Shown here one piece after another: positions 13,565 to 25,659 of a stretch of DNA of 64,000 nt. This stretch comes from Narcine bancroftii. Lineage: Eukaryota. A program made the position numbers and the translations under genes. The notes beneath the pieces are model-generated. The model was not told the DNA's origin and ran no database searches. It saw nothing but the letters and a program-made list of their open reading frames with translations. Each line of letters opens with the position of its first letter. Position 1 is the first letter of the stretch. The stretch spans positions 258,044,001 through 258,108,000 of the forward strand of contig NC_091470.1 of the NCBI RefSeq assembly GCF_036971445.1, in the 5' to 3' direction.

Positions 13565-13825
13565 CATCCCACCACCTTTCCTCTCCATTTAGAAAGCTTC
13601 CCCTATCATTTCCCAGCTTTTTTCTTTTTTACATTCCTACCCATTATCCCCTCTTGCCTTGTAGGCATGTGCTCCTGCTCCTTACCCATTGTTTTATTCA
13701 GGTGTCTGCCTGCTCTTTGCTCATACCTTGACGAAGGGCTCAGGCTATGCTGTGTGACCTTCTGAGTTTCTTCAGCACTTTTGTGTACAATCACAGTGTT
13801 TGCAGACTTTCTTGTTTAACTCACA
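11088..13825 (+). mobile_element. Penelope-like element: decayed RT, GIY-YIG endonuclease and pLTR
   Basis: IKPADKGGGVVVW, ARFYLPTTIHKP, VLTLNNFS, YKPTNSHSYLDY, YFIWCS..LLYIRKTG and VANHFNS; pLTR at about 13700-13825. Confidence 0.9.
12041..12857 (-). mobile_element. CR1 LINE 3' part inserted in the Penelope element
   Basis: ORF 12102-12503 RLERLGQYAMEFRRMRGDMIEVF...RTRGH; (agacaat)n tail. Confidence 0.9.
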
Positions 13826-13920
13826 ACTCTTAATCTTGAGTTTAACCAGCAATTTTGTGACACATTTCCACGTTGCTGCAGCACAACATGTTAGCAACGT
13901 AGCCTGTTATCAATAAAATG

Positions 13921-14340
13921 CAGGTGTGCACCGCTTAGCATCCACGATACGTTCTGTTAAATTGGGTCTTATGTGATGTGGAAGTTTTGAAACACCATAT
14001 TACACATAGCAAAGTTATACTGTATGGGATTTTGTAGTGTACCTAGAAACTTTGTAAGTAGGGATCAGGGTGAGGGCCGACACATTTGTGGGCAGAGACC
14101 GGGGCAGTGGGATCAGTATGGGGACCGACATGGGACTGTGGGGAGAGAACGGGACAGTGGGATCAGTACGGGGACTGACACAGGACTTTGGGGAGAGAAT
14201 GGGGCAGTGGGATCAGTGTGGGGATTGACACAGGACTGTGGGGAGAGAGCAGGACAGTGGGATCAGTGTGGGGACTGACATGGGTCTGTGAGGAGAGAGC
14301 CAGGGCAGTTAGATCAGTGTAGAGACTGATACAAAGCTGA
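13921..14340 (+). mobile_element. Tigger3-like MITE carrying a minisatellite
   Basis: caggtgtgcaccgcttagcatccacgatacgttctg terminus; paralog of 6075-6295. Confidence 0.6.
14061..14330. repeat. G-rich 50-bp minisatellite, about 5.4 copies
   Basis: gatcag recurs at 14063, 14111, 14161, 14211, 14261 and 14312; unit approx. gatcagtgtggggactgacacaggactgtggggagagagcggggcagtgg. Confidence 0.95.
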
Positions 14341-14446
14341 TACAACACTTGTATTTGTGAAAATAATTAGTTATGGTTTCTTTCCAAAGCTTTTGATAAA
14401 TAGGAACTGCAGTCTAATCCTTTCTCAATCACTTTTTTCTCTCAAG

Positions 14447-14568
14447 GCAATCCCCAATGAAATTCTTAAGAATTTGGTAGAAGAGCTTCCACAGCCACGC
14501 CAGGTTCCCAGAAGGTTGAATGAGTACACTCAAGAGGAGATTAATGACTTCCCGAGAGTATGGACACT
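14447..14568 (+). CDS. MRPL13: Mitochondrial ribosomal protein L13 (uL13m), penultimate coding exon
   Basis: Acceptor ttttttctctcaag, donor gtaagt, 122 nt, phase 0 to 2. [40 protein letters not shown] matches the vertebrate MRPL13 C-terminus as I recall it ([39 protein letters not shown]). Confidence 0.97.
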
Positions 14569-15219
14569 GTAAGTCGCATTTACCCCTCAGGCTGGATTTA
14601 TCTTTGTACAGAACAGCATGGTTATCTGCTGGTAATCAGGTTATTTTTTTGGATAATTAATCGAGACACTGTTTCAAATTTAAATGCTGTTAATTTTCTT
14701 TAAATTTGTAATTTTTATTAATGATCACAAAACTGCCAGGTTGACTTTAGAACAAAAACATCTCGTTCAATAATGATCTGCAGGGGGAAAAAATCTGCCA
14801 TCCTTGCTTTGTCTGGATTTTATCTGACACCAGATCCACCAATGTGGTCAACTCTGAAGTGCCCTCTGTGATAGCGTATAAAACTTATCTTGTATCAAAT
14901 GAGAGAAGTTGAAACAAAAAAAAGAACAGGATGGACTACCTAATAGTTTCTGGGACCCAAATTCAAGCTGGTAAAGTCCCTCCACTACATTCAATGTTGC
15001 AAATTTCTCCTCAGAGACACCCATGGCTTGGTGTCCAATTTGGGAGGGTAGGCCCATGTAAAAGTCAAGCTATCGCTTTATATTGCAATTTGCATGGAAT
15101 CATGCCTTCATTCATCACAATCCATTAGTACCTCTTGTTCCAGCGACTGGTGGGACCAATCCAAAGGAATACAGTTGGCTCTAAACCTCATCACACTCGA
15201 TCATCAAACATACACCAAA

Positions 15220-16300
15220 CAGCTGACATGAAGGCTTTTGACCAAATGTGGCAGCAAGAAAGCCTTGTAAAACTGAAGTCAACAGGAATCAAAGGAAAAG
15301 CACCCTAATGGAGTGAAACACAAAAGTCTACAGAAATGCTAGAGGAACTCGGCAGGTCTTGCAGCATCATTCCTTAAAGATGAGCTCAGGCATGAAACAT
15401 CAGTTCAATATCTTTACCTCCTACAGATGCTGCAAGATCTGAGTTCCTCCAGCATTTCTGTGCTTTTGCTGAAATTACCCTAATAATTGGAGTCATACCT
15501 CACACAGAGGGTGGTGGTGGTAGTTGGTGAAATGTTACTGCAGGTGTTCATCAGAGCCCATCCTCTTCAGCTCCTTCATTAGTGGCTGTTGTTACAACAT
15601 ATGCTTGGAAGTAAGAATTTGGCTGAGAATTGTATAAGGTCAATTTTATTTGTAATTACTCACAAATGAAACAGCTTGTGCTAGCTGCAGCAAGACTGAG
15701 ACATCATTGCTGCATAGAATAATATGTGGCAAAAGTGATACAAAATGTCCAACAGAAAGACTATCTATTTACCCTGGTGATCAGTGGTATTGTCTTGACA
15801 GATTTCCCGTGATCAACGTCCTCTATAAATAGGAAATCCAGCTAACCACCTGCAGAACTACTGATGACTTCAACGGCAGGATAGATGCTGGGTATTTTGT
15901 GGCTGGAGATTCACCTTCTGACCCTCTTCACCATTGACAAGCAAGGGGCATGATGGAATACTTTCCACTTGCCTGGATGGCACTCAACACTCAATAGCAT
16001 CTAGAACAAAGTAGCCCATTAGTTAAACACCCCATTCATTATCCAAAATATCCAATCCCAATGCAGAATGTTGCATTGTGTACCATCTACAAATGTAACA
16101 AGCCACTTAGACAGTACCATCTAAGAGAAAGTGTTTCAACAGTAGGAACATCGCCACCTGCAGGTTCCCTTTCAAGTCCCACACAATCCTAATTTAGAAA
16201 TACATCTCCATTCTTTCATCATAGCTGGGTCTAAATCCTGGAACTGTTCTTAAGAGGCTTGAAGCAAAATCAGTTTACCACCATGCTGTCAAAGGGAAAT
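15220..16300 (+). mobile_element. Old decayed CR1-group LINE
   Basis: KAFDQMWQQESLVKLKSTGIKGK-like remnant and downstream ORF2 traces. Confidence 0.55.
15311..15470. mobile_element. Penelope pLTR-derived inverted-repeat mini-element
   Basis: Arms 15330-15368 and 15426-15461 are near reverse complements; imperfect accctaat...ggagt duplication on the flanks. Confidence 0.75.
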
Positions 16301-18659
16301 AACACTGGCTCTCAGATTGTGAAAAATATTGAATTTTAAAATGTTTAAAACTTCAAATCGGGTTTAAAAATAAAATTCAACAGAACAACAAGAAGCATGT
16401 TGGCAAACACAAGCAACAATCCTGCATTTGCTAACACTGATACTTCATCCTAAGCTTACCAAGTTGTAAAGACTACTTTAGTGCTCTTGTCCTAATCAAT
16501 CTTCATTTATTGTACGCAAAGGCATTAGAAACTTTTTTCTGTCTCTAACATTTATTGGTGTTCTAAGCAAAAGAAATATTTTGAATTTAGCTTTTGACTG
16601 TCCAGAAAAGGAAACATCTGGAAGTGAATGGTGTGTGAATTATAGGTCCAGGCAATGAGGATGCACAGAATATATGTTCCCTCCCAGGATAATCATTTGT
16701 TTGTGGTCCAGAGCATTACATACTATTCTATCAATATATTTATTGGTAGCTGGAGAAGCTTTACTCAAAGATTTATTTCAATAATTTTGCCAGTGGACAA
16801 CAAATGAGCCTCATTTGTTGGGATGATCCTTGTCTCTCTCACCCCTTCCTCTTTCCTTTACTCTGCCCCAGAGAGAGTGTAGGTTCACGTGTATGTATGT
16901 GTGACTGATTGCTGGTGTTTTACTCAGTTTCACGTACTTAAGCTCTCTGCCTTTTTGGCGTTTGCCTTCCTCCTCCTGCATTTTCTCTAATTTTTTTTTT
17001 AAACATTTTTTTGATTGCTTGCGTAGAACAGTGGGAAGATGCTGAATTTTAGTGCCTGCTTTCTATATGTTAATCTTGCATTGTTTTATTTAGTTACTTG
17101 AAAATCAGTCTATTTTGAATCTCATCATTGGAAATATACTCTATTATCTACTGCAAATTCTAGATTAGGATTCCTGTCAAACTGCATATCTGTATAAAAG
17201 GTTAATTGTGTTGCTTTTCCAGTTTGCCTTGTTTGTGTTGTTTTCCTCAGAAAGGAAACCAGGTGTTCAGCAGCACAGAATAAAGCTGCCTGTTTGAAGA
17301 GCAATACAATGCAAACCCATTCAGGGTTGTATGGTGGGACCTTGTTTAAAACCTGCTGCAGTTTTCAAAGATCACTTGTTTTGACCATACAATTAAAAAG
17401 CAAAAATTAAGAATAGGTTTTGTCAGATTAGAGGTTGTATTGGGCCATCCAGATGTTTGATTTGAGTACTCATTATATTTTTCTCGTGAACTATTCCCAG
17501 TCTTTGAATTCTTCTGAAAGCATGTGCGCATTTCACCTGGTCGAAACATGCTCTTTAACTTTTATTTTCATTTCTTTGATGTGCCTTGACTAAATAATGA
17601 ACAGCTGCTCTAATGAAAAGGCATCGCAACAGTTACTTCTCCTCACCCCAGGCCCTTGTTCAGCTGCTTTTAGCTCAGAGGGCCCTTGTTTTCATGGATG
17701 GAATTTTGGTTTACATTCTTTCCAGTTATCACATTCTGAAAGCTCCTAGCAAAGAAGAAGATTTCTTTTGTTTCTATTTTCTCTTATTTCAAATTTGAAT
17801 CATGCATTAGACCCTTAAATTTCTTCACCTATTCAGGAGGATTTAGGCCTTGGGGAAGGGTAACTTTAACCTACCGATTAATATAAAGCAGGTGATTTCC
17901 AAACAGTGAACATCAAACAACCAGTTCACTAAGGCCAAATTTTCATTTTTGGCTAGGACAAGTATTTTTCCTTTGCAGTTTCCTTTTTTCATATTTTGAA
18001 ACATTTAAGCTTTGTCAGCTTGGGTCTTTTGATGCTTCAGCTACTGGTTTATACTGACAGCTAATTTTGTACTTTATTTTGACAATCATGAAACCTTTCT
18101 GGTGTTAAGCTGTTGGTTTTGTCTCCAGTGGCTTTTTGTACATTTCCAAATTCAGCATGTTAAAATGATGCAGTGAACTCTGAGGCAAGAAAGACAGGGA
18201 GCTTTGCCTTACATGGTCAGTCTTCTGGGTTAGTACATATCATATGCTCATACAAATTTATTTAGAAGCTTTGAGAACCTTTTCCTGGAGATACTTACCC
18301 ATGCCCTATCAGTACTACCCATTCTCATCCTTTATTCTACCATGCCCTACTAATTCTTGACCTCTCTGGGTAGGGAAATGTCCATCCTATCATATTGCCT
18401 CATCACCAGAGAACCAGCAATTGGCCTGGCCGGCAATGAGAGGAGGCCTCCCAATCAGATCCTTCCGATACAACAGGAATATTATTCACAACATGCATTG
18501 ACCCCAAGACTACTGCAGCAGAATGGAGACAGTCATTCATCATTTGCAGAATGTAAATTTGCTAAGAATATGTAGAGAAGGATGCATGGGTCCTTGGTTC
18601 ATCCAAGTTTAATGGAAGATTTTGATTTGCGAGCTGGGGGAAATGACCATGATTTTTCC

Positions 18660-19740
18660 TTACCTATGCTTCATGATTTGTCGTACCTCTATAAGGTTAC
18701 TCCTCAGCCTCCTACATTCTAAGAAGAAATCCTCAGTCTATCCAACCTCTCCTTGTAGCTCAAGCCTTCCAGTCCCAGGAGCATTTTGGTGAACCTTTTC
18801 TGCACTTTTTTCTGCGTGGTGAAATTCTTCCTCTAGCTAGGTGACCAGACTGCACACAATACTTACACCAACATCTTGTACATTTATAACACAATGTCTC
18901 ATCTCTTGTTTTATGCCCTGACCAATGAAAAGCACAATACTGGATAAACTCAGCAGATCAAACTGTGTACTTTATATAGCAAATATTTTGGGCTTGAGTC
19001 CTTCATCTTGGTATAAGCATACTTTTTTTTGCAAATCCTGCTTGATTTTAGCATCTCAAAATGGAGTTGTCCGGGTTAAATACCAAGAATCATTTCATGG
19101 CACACTTTTCCAGTTGATTCATATCCTGTTGTATTCTTGGAAAACATTTTTCACTGTCCATTATTCCACAATCATCTGCAAACTTACTAACCATGACAAC
19201 TATATTCTGATCCAAATTGTTAATGTAGGTGACAAAGAACAGGAGGCCCAGCATCATATCCTTCTGCACACTACTGGTTACAGGCTTCCAATCTGAAAAA
19301 ATAATCTTCCACTATCGTCCTCTGACTTTTATCACCAAGCTAATTTTGTATTCAATTCATTAGCTCTCCCTGAGTCTCAACCTTTCAGACAAGTCTACCA
19401 GTCAAACATCTACCATCTTTACCTTGTCAAACATCTTAGAATCATAGAGCCACACAGCATAGAAGTGACCCTCAGGCCCAACTAATGCCTAACAAGTTGG
19501 CATTCTATGTTAATTCCATTGGACCATAACATTCTAGGACTCTCCTATCCATAATTCTTTCCTAATGTCTTTTGAATTTGTCATTGTCCCTGCTCCGAGG
19601 TTCCTCCTAAAACTTCTCCTTTCACCTTAAACCCATGCCCACAAGTTAGAGAAACATCTACTTTGAGGGGAAAAGGCTATAAGAATTCACTTTATTCCCT
19701 TTCCCACATGACTTTATACACTCAGCCCTCAGCCTCCTTT
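18660..19740 (-). mobile_element. Decayed CR1 fragments, with a Penelope pLTR remnant at about 18925-19020
   Basis: CR1 3'-end and RT-like sequence on the minus strand; ggataaactcagcagatcaaac pLTR motif. Confidence 0.6.
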
Positions 19741-19853
19741 ATTATCGTCACATTATCTGCGAAAGCAACTTCATGCCTTTTTTGCCTTCCTAATTTCCTT
19801 TTTTGAATATTTTAATTTTGATTTTACAGACTCAAAAAACCCTAAATAAATCA

Positions 19854-19857
<4 letters not shown>

Positions 19858-19889
<32 letters not shown>
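19858..19889. repeat. (TA)n microsatellite
   Basis: Perfect TA run. Confidence 0.95.
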
Positions 19890-19894
<5 letters not shown>

Positions 19895-20060
19895 CAGTAT
19901 GTGTTAATCCCATCCCCTTACTTATCTCCCTACCTTCTTCCCTTAATACAGAATCATTTAACTACCCTTCCCCATTTTAAAATAAAACCACACACACACA
20001 CACCTGATGTCTACTTTCTTTGCCAGTAGGGGAAATTAATCAAATTGGGTATCAATTATA

Positions 20061-20520
20061 CAGTACAACTCTAATTATCTAAAATGGTTGAAATGTTTTT
20101 TTCGGAGAACTAGTCATTTTTAATAAAAAGCCCAGTAGCAACAGCAAATCACTCGTAACAGTGTTTAATCAACAGCAATCAGCAAGGGAAGACTTTTAAG
20201 CATTAAAATAATGTTTAATTCTCACCAAAAAAAATGCTGGCCATCACCGAAATGAACCCACCAATGCCCCATTGCCAATGAGAGCCCGAAGTCCCTGCTG
20301 CCACCAGGAGTCCAAAGTCCATGCTGCTGCCGAGAGCCTGAGGTCCGCTGCTTCCGCCAGGATCCAGACATCCCTAGTCAGTTCAGCTCCAAAAAAATTT
20401 AGGATAAATGAAGATTTCTGATTTGTTTTGGATCTCCTCATTTATCCGAAAAAAAATTTTTAAAATTTGGATCATTGAGGATTTCAGAGAATCTGATTTT
20501 GGAAAATCAGAATTGTACTG
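20061..20520. mobile_element. Tigger/pogo-type MITE (460 bp)
   Basis: TA|cagtacaactctaattatctaaaat ... attttggaaaatcagaattgtactg|TA. Confidence 0.85.
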
Positions 20521-20522
20521 TA

Positions 20523-20820
20523 CTTGTTATTCAGGGGAACTCCCACATGGGTGCCCTGCATTGTCTGCCTGTTCCCTTTCCCTCTCCTGACCATTACCCA
20601 TCTACCCTTCTCCTGCCTTCCAGGTGTAATAATGTCCCTGTAACTCCTATCAATCATCATCTCTGCCTCCCAAATATTCCATAGTTTATCCAACTCCAGC
20701 ACCAATTTCTTAACTTGGTTTGTCAGGAGCTGTAGCTGGATGCACTTCTTGCAGATGAAGTCATAAGGGATACTGCTGGCTTCCCTGACAACCCCGCATT
20801 CTGCAAGAGGAACATTCCCT
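20523..20820 (-). mobile_element. CR1 ORF1 N-terminal fragment
   Basis: FICKKCIQLQLLTNQVKKLVLELDKL...WVMVRRGKG...VPLNNKY, typical of the CR1 ORF1 zinc finger/leucine zipper. Confidence 0.8.
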
Positions 20821-21237
20821 TGCCAATGTGGTGGAAGATTTATTGCCAGCAAGTCTATATGGTAATCCAAACTAGCATAGCATTAAGGTAATTAAAATGT
20901 GTTGCAAGGGCTTTCAATGCACTGTTTGTTTTTTAATATATATTATGATAAAACTAATTTTCTGCTTCACAGTTACATTGTTGGTAAAGCAAATTCAGCA
21001 CACATCCTGCATGTTGCTTTACTTGACATTCATATGGCTTTTAGCCAGTCAAAGCCACAACAAATATATGCATCAATTTGGGAGCAGGTGAGTGAGTGCA
21101 CAAAGAAGCTCTGGGAACATATTGCTAAAGACATAACTCACCCTTCCCCTCCCAATATGCTGGATCTAGGAGCAAAAGTAAATTTGTAAGTACAAGTGTT
21201 GACAAGTATAATTCAAAGAGAAATAATGGGAGATTAC

Positions 21238-21420
21238 ATTCAAGACTTCTTTATTGTTATGTGATAGATTCTGTAATGTTACACAAAATTGCCTTCTGCC
21301 TGCCATAAGGCAGAGAAAAAGTTGCCATTAGTGTCATCTGGTGCCCTAACAGTATGAGAGAAAGAGAAGCAATAGAGGTCCCTTCAGAGACACTGACTGT
21401 GCATGGATTTACACTATGTA
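21238..21420 (-). mobile_element. 3' end of an unclassified retroposon
   Basis: Reverse complement resembles 37830-37960 and 39970-40075. Confidence 0.55.
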
Positions 21421-21759
21421 TACTAGTTCTTTTGTGTTTACTGTTACAAAATGACAGTGTATAGGCCCTTCAGACCACAATGTTGTGGCAACCTATGTAA
21501 ACCTACTCCACAATCTAACCATTCCCTACCTCACATCCATAGGGCTCTATTTTTATTTCTCCGCACAGCACCACAGAAGCCAGGTTAATGCCACATTCCT
21601 AGCAAAGCTGCAATCTCATTCACACATCTCTCTTTTCATAAAAGCAGCACAGTCTGAGCCCCATGAAAGTCTCTATGTACTGTCCACCAACGACATAATT
21701 TTTCTCTCAGCACCTATCTGGCACTAGGTTTTTTTGAGTCTTTGTAAATCTCTTATCTA

Positions 21760-22475
21760 CAGTAAAATCCCTGGTATCCAGCACCTACCGGGAGTGTTAG
21801 ATGCCGGATAAGCTGGTTTTCTGGTTGCTTGGACTTGCTCTTACAATATCTAACCAATACATCTGCATTAGAATAAAATGTTTAAAAGACAAAATACTAT
21901 ACTGTACGTACACTGAACAAACTTCACTTGCATGAATATATAAAGCTTGAAGCATTTTAATTTATTTTCAGTCACATTCTTTGAAAACTTTTAAGCATTG
22001 CTGCATTTGCTGGTTCCCTCCACGGAGCCACCCAGAAGACGAACGATAACATCATAATTAAACCCCCTCCCCATGTTTACAGATAAAGCCCAACTAATAT
22101 ACAATAATAAACTAATCAATATAAAGACTCTTGCGAAACAGGGATAAGGAAACACTTTAAGAAAGTCACCCCAACAGCAAGCATCATCAACCAGCACTCC
22201 ATCCTGGGCGACACCATTATATTCAAGCACTTTATTCAAACAGCTGTTATGAGCAAAGCACAACCAAGGCACTCTGTTGGCTGAATATTTGCTCCCATCT
22301 TCACCAAAGGTATATGTGTTATTTCAGAAAACATTTACTTTTACAATTATAATCTTTTATTTAATTTTTAAATTTATTCTTTTTTATTATAATTTCAATT
22401 TATTTATTCTCCACTTTTCTTTTGCTTGTTGCTTGAGGTCAGTTGCTTGAATTCCGGATAACAGATGTTTTACTG
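21760..22475. mobile_element. Tigger/pogo-type MITE (716 bp)
   Basis: TA|cagtaaaatccctggtatccag ... ccggataacagatgttttactg|TA. Confidence 0.85.
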
Positions 22476-23539
22476 TAATTGATTATCCAGTCTTAGCTTC
22501 TGTCTTGAATGTTAATAGAGTTTGGTTTAATTAGTTTTCCCTTTAGGATTTGGTCAAAATCCAACAAATGAACTATTGCAAGAACTTCCACAATCTGTTT
22601 ACTCTCCTTGGAAAGCTGATCGGGCACATCAAACACAACTTTTCTATCATTAAATTCATGCTATTATAAAACTATGACAATGCAGGAAACCTGTAGCCTA
22701 CTCTTGAATAATTGCTTAAATTGTTTATCTACTTTATTATAGTGGCAACAGTGTGGTTTGTGGTTTTGCTACTCTTTCATCTTTCTTCTGCCGAATATTT
22801 TCTGTACCCAATATTTCATGATCCTTGTCAACACTCAAACAGTTTCTTCCCTCTTTCAGCTCTTGAATATATGCCATATAGTCTGCATTTGATCAACCAT
22901 AGTTCTTTTCTTTCATCCCAAGTGATTGCTAATTGTTTATTGTTAAATCATTAGATCATTTCCTTCCTACTGAAGACTTCCCTTTGCTTTTAATGAGCAT
23001 CGATTTCTGAGTGTCAAACTGATACAGGATAGAAGGGGTATGTTTGACTCGATGTGCCTCGGAAATAATAATGCATTTACACAAGAACAGCTGCACCCAT
23101 TTCCCATGACATGTCAAATCCCAAAATTGTTTATTTTTAGGCATTTATCAAATTCTCTTTTGGGAATTGTAATCCTTTAAAGTTTTACATTTGAGATCAT
23201 AATCCAAATAGTTTTCAGAAAAACTTCTCCTCCTATCCTGGTTCTTTGATAGTCATCTTAAAGTTGAGATTACCAATCATACTGGCAGTAGAAGATTCTA
23301 TTTATTCTGATCAAAATCTCCATAATTTTGAGCACATCCATAAATTTCCAATGAAACCTAGTCCTAGAAATGCTATATGGTGAGATTATTTGGGGGGAGA
23401 TGCAGCTTCAAGTAATCTAGCAGCAGGGTGAAAAGCAGAGATGGTGAATGATCTGCCCACATTTAAGGATCTTGATATCCTTCTGAGGAGAGGCTGAATG
23501 TGTACACCAGAGCTCCTTAACTATAATATGACTATTGCA

Positions 23540-24622
23540 GATCGTCAAGTTTATTGTTATCTGATTGTACAAGTACAACCCAACAAAACAGCGTTCTCCG
23601 GTCCTCGGTGCAAAACCAGACAATACATAAGCAGGACAAATATTTCATGTATTCAAATAAATAAATATTGTTTTGAGCATATAAGAGTGTCGGGTGGTTA
23701 ATGTGAGCACTTCCTTTGGTCATTCAGCATTCTCACTGCCCATGGGAAGAAGCTGTTCCTCAGCCTGGTGGTACTGGCTCTGATACTCCTGCATCTCTTC
23801 CCTGATGGAAGCACCTGAAAGATACTATGTGCAGGGTGGAAGGGGGTCTTCAGTGATTTTGAGTGCAATCTTCAGATAACATTTCTGGCTGATCACATCA
23901 ATGAGGTGATTGCTGGGTGGGGAGGGGGGGGTGGTTGGGAGGGAGACTCCAGTGATCCTCTATGCCACTCCTATAGTCCTGTGGATTGACCTCCAATCCA
24001 TTTCTCTGCAGCAACCACACCACACTGTGATGTAGTCAGCCAGGACACTCTCGATAGAAAGTTGACATAAAGGTGGCTTGTAGCCTTGCCCGCTTTAGTC
24101 TTCTCAGGAAGTACAGTTGCTATGGCACCTTACTGACAAATGAGGAGATGTTGAGGGTCCATGATATTTAAGTGACTCCAAGGAACTTGGTGCTCTCCAC
24201 TCTCTACTAGAGTTGTTGAAGTGTAGTGAAGGTTTATCCTCCTAAAATCTACGATCAACTCCTTCATCTTGTCCATGTTGAGACACGTTATTACTCTTGA
24301 GTCATTTCATGAGATTTTCCACCTCTTCTCTGTAGCATGACTCATTGTTGTTGCTGTTGAGACAAACTACTGTTGTATCATCTGTAAACTTGATAACATT
24401 ACTGGTTCTGGCGATGCAGTCCTGGGTGGGTAGTGTGAACAGGAGCAGGCTGAACATACACCCTGAGGTACACCTGTGCTCAGCATGACGGTGCTTGACG
24501 TTCTGATACTGACCCAGACAGACTGTGATCTTTCCGTTAGGAAATCTAGGATCCAGTTACAGAAAGAGCTGTTGAGACCCAGCGAGTATAGCTTCTCCAC
24601 CAGGCCCTGAGGAATGATTGTA
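23540..24622 (-). mobile_element. Rex1/Babar LINE, 5'-truncated
   Basis: [22 protein letters not shown]...[15 protein letters not shown] and KFLGVT-like motifs. Confidence 0.85.
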
Positions 24623-24624
24623 TT

Positions 24625-25640
24625 TCGGCTCCTCTTAGCCGCCTATTCCCCATAAACTTTTAATTCTCTTATTATTCAAAAATCTATCAGTGTCTGAGAC
24701 ACACTTAATGAGACAGTCACAACTCTCTGGGAGAAACAGTTCCTCTTCATCTCTGTCCTAAATCTATTCCCTAAATCCTGATGCTATATCTCTTAGTTCT
24801 AGTTTCACCTGCAGTGGAAATAACCTCTCTGCTTCTGTCTTATCTATTCCCTTCATAATTGCATAGGTTTCTATAAGATTACCCCATACATCCAATGAAC
24901 CTCCAATTAGTATAGTCTCTGGCTACTCAATTTCTCTTCATTAGCTGGTCCTTTCATTTTTTGAATCAACCTGGTGAACCTCCTCTGCACAGTTTTCAAA
25001 GTCAGTATATCCTTTCTCAAGTAAGAACTGCACATAGTTCTGCAGTTGCAGAAGGACCTCCCTGCTCTTAAATTCAATCCCTCTGACAATGAAGCCCAAC
25101 GTCCCATTTGTCTTCTTGACTTCTTGCTTTGTGCAAACTAAATGTTTGTGATTCATGTACAAGTACTCCCGAGTTTCTTTGCATAACAACATGCTGCAAT
25201 TTTTCTGATACCCAGTTTTTCCTTCCAAAGTGGATAATCTCACATTTATCAATGCTCTGCTCCATCTGCCAGACTCCTCCCTCCTTAGCCTCTGCAGACT
25301 CTATGTCCTCTGCACAATTTACATTTCCACTCAAAATAGTGTCATCACCTATCTTAGATATGCAAGATTTGGTCTCATCTTCCAAATCATTTGTGTACAT
25401 TGTGAATAGTTGTGAGCCTAGCACCAATCCTTGAAGCACACCACATACCATTGATTGCCAAACAGAGAAACAACCATTTTTCTCAACTCTACCTTCTTTC
25501 AGTTAACCAAACTATCTTTGCTAATACATTGCCCCAGTGTTATTTTGTGCAGAAGTCTTTTGTGTGGCATCTTATCAAACACATTCTGGAGTATATTACA
25601 TCCACTGCTCTTACTATTTTCCTCAAAGTTAGTTTAACAT
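24625..25640 (-). mobile_element. CR1 LINE 3' part
   Basis: GVLQGLVLGSQLFTMYTNDL...KIGDDT; VQRRFTRLI. Confidence 0.85.
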
Positions 25641-25659
25641 GACCTGTCCTCTTGACATA

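Noticed and set aside
14061-14330. CRISPR-like periodic array
   Set aside because: Whole 50-bp units repeat with no unique spacers, there are no cas genes, and the context is a vertebrate intron; it is a minisatellite.
14357-14446. N-terminal part of ORF 14357-14572
   Set aside because: Intronic read-through; similarity to MRPL13 starts at the AG acceptor (14447).
1-14446. Earlier MRPL13 exon (expected IVKLAIYGMLPKNL-like)
   Set aside because: Not found by eye; probably upstream of the window.
17225-17290. Acceptor-like ttttcctcag as an extra exon
   Set aside because: Only a weak donor follows and the peptide is unrecognisable.
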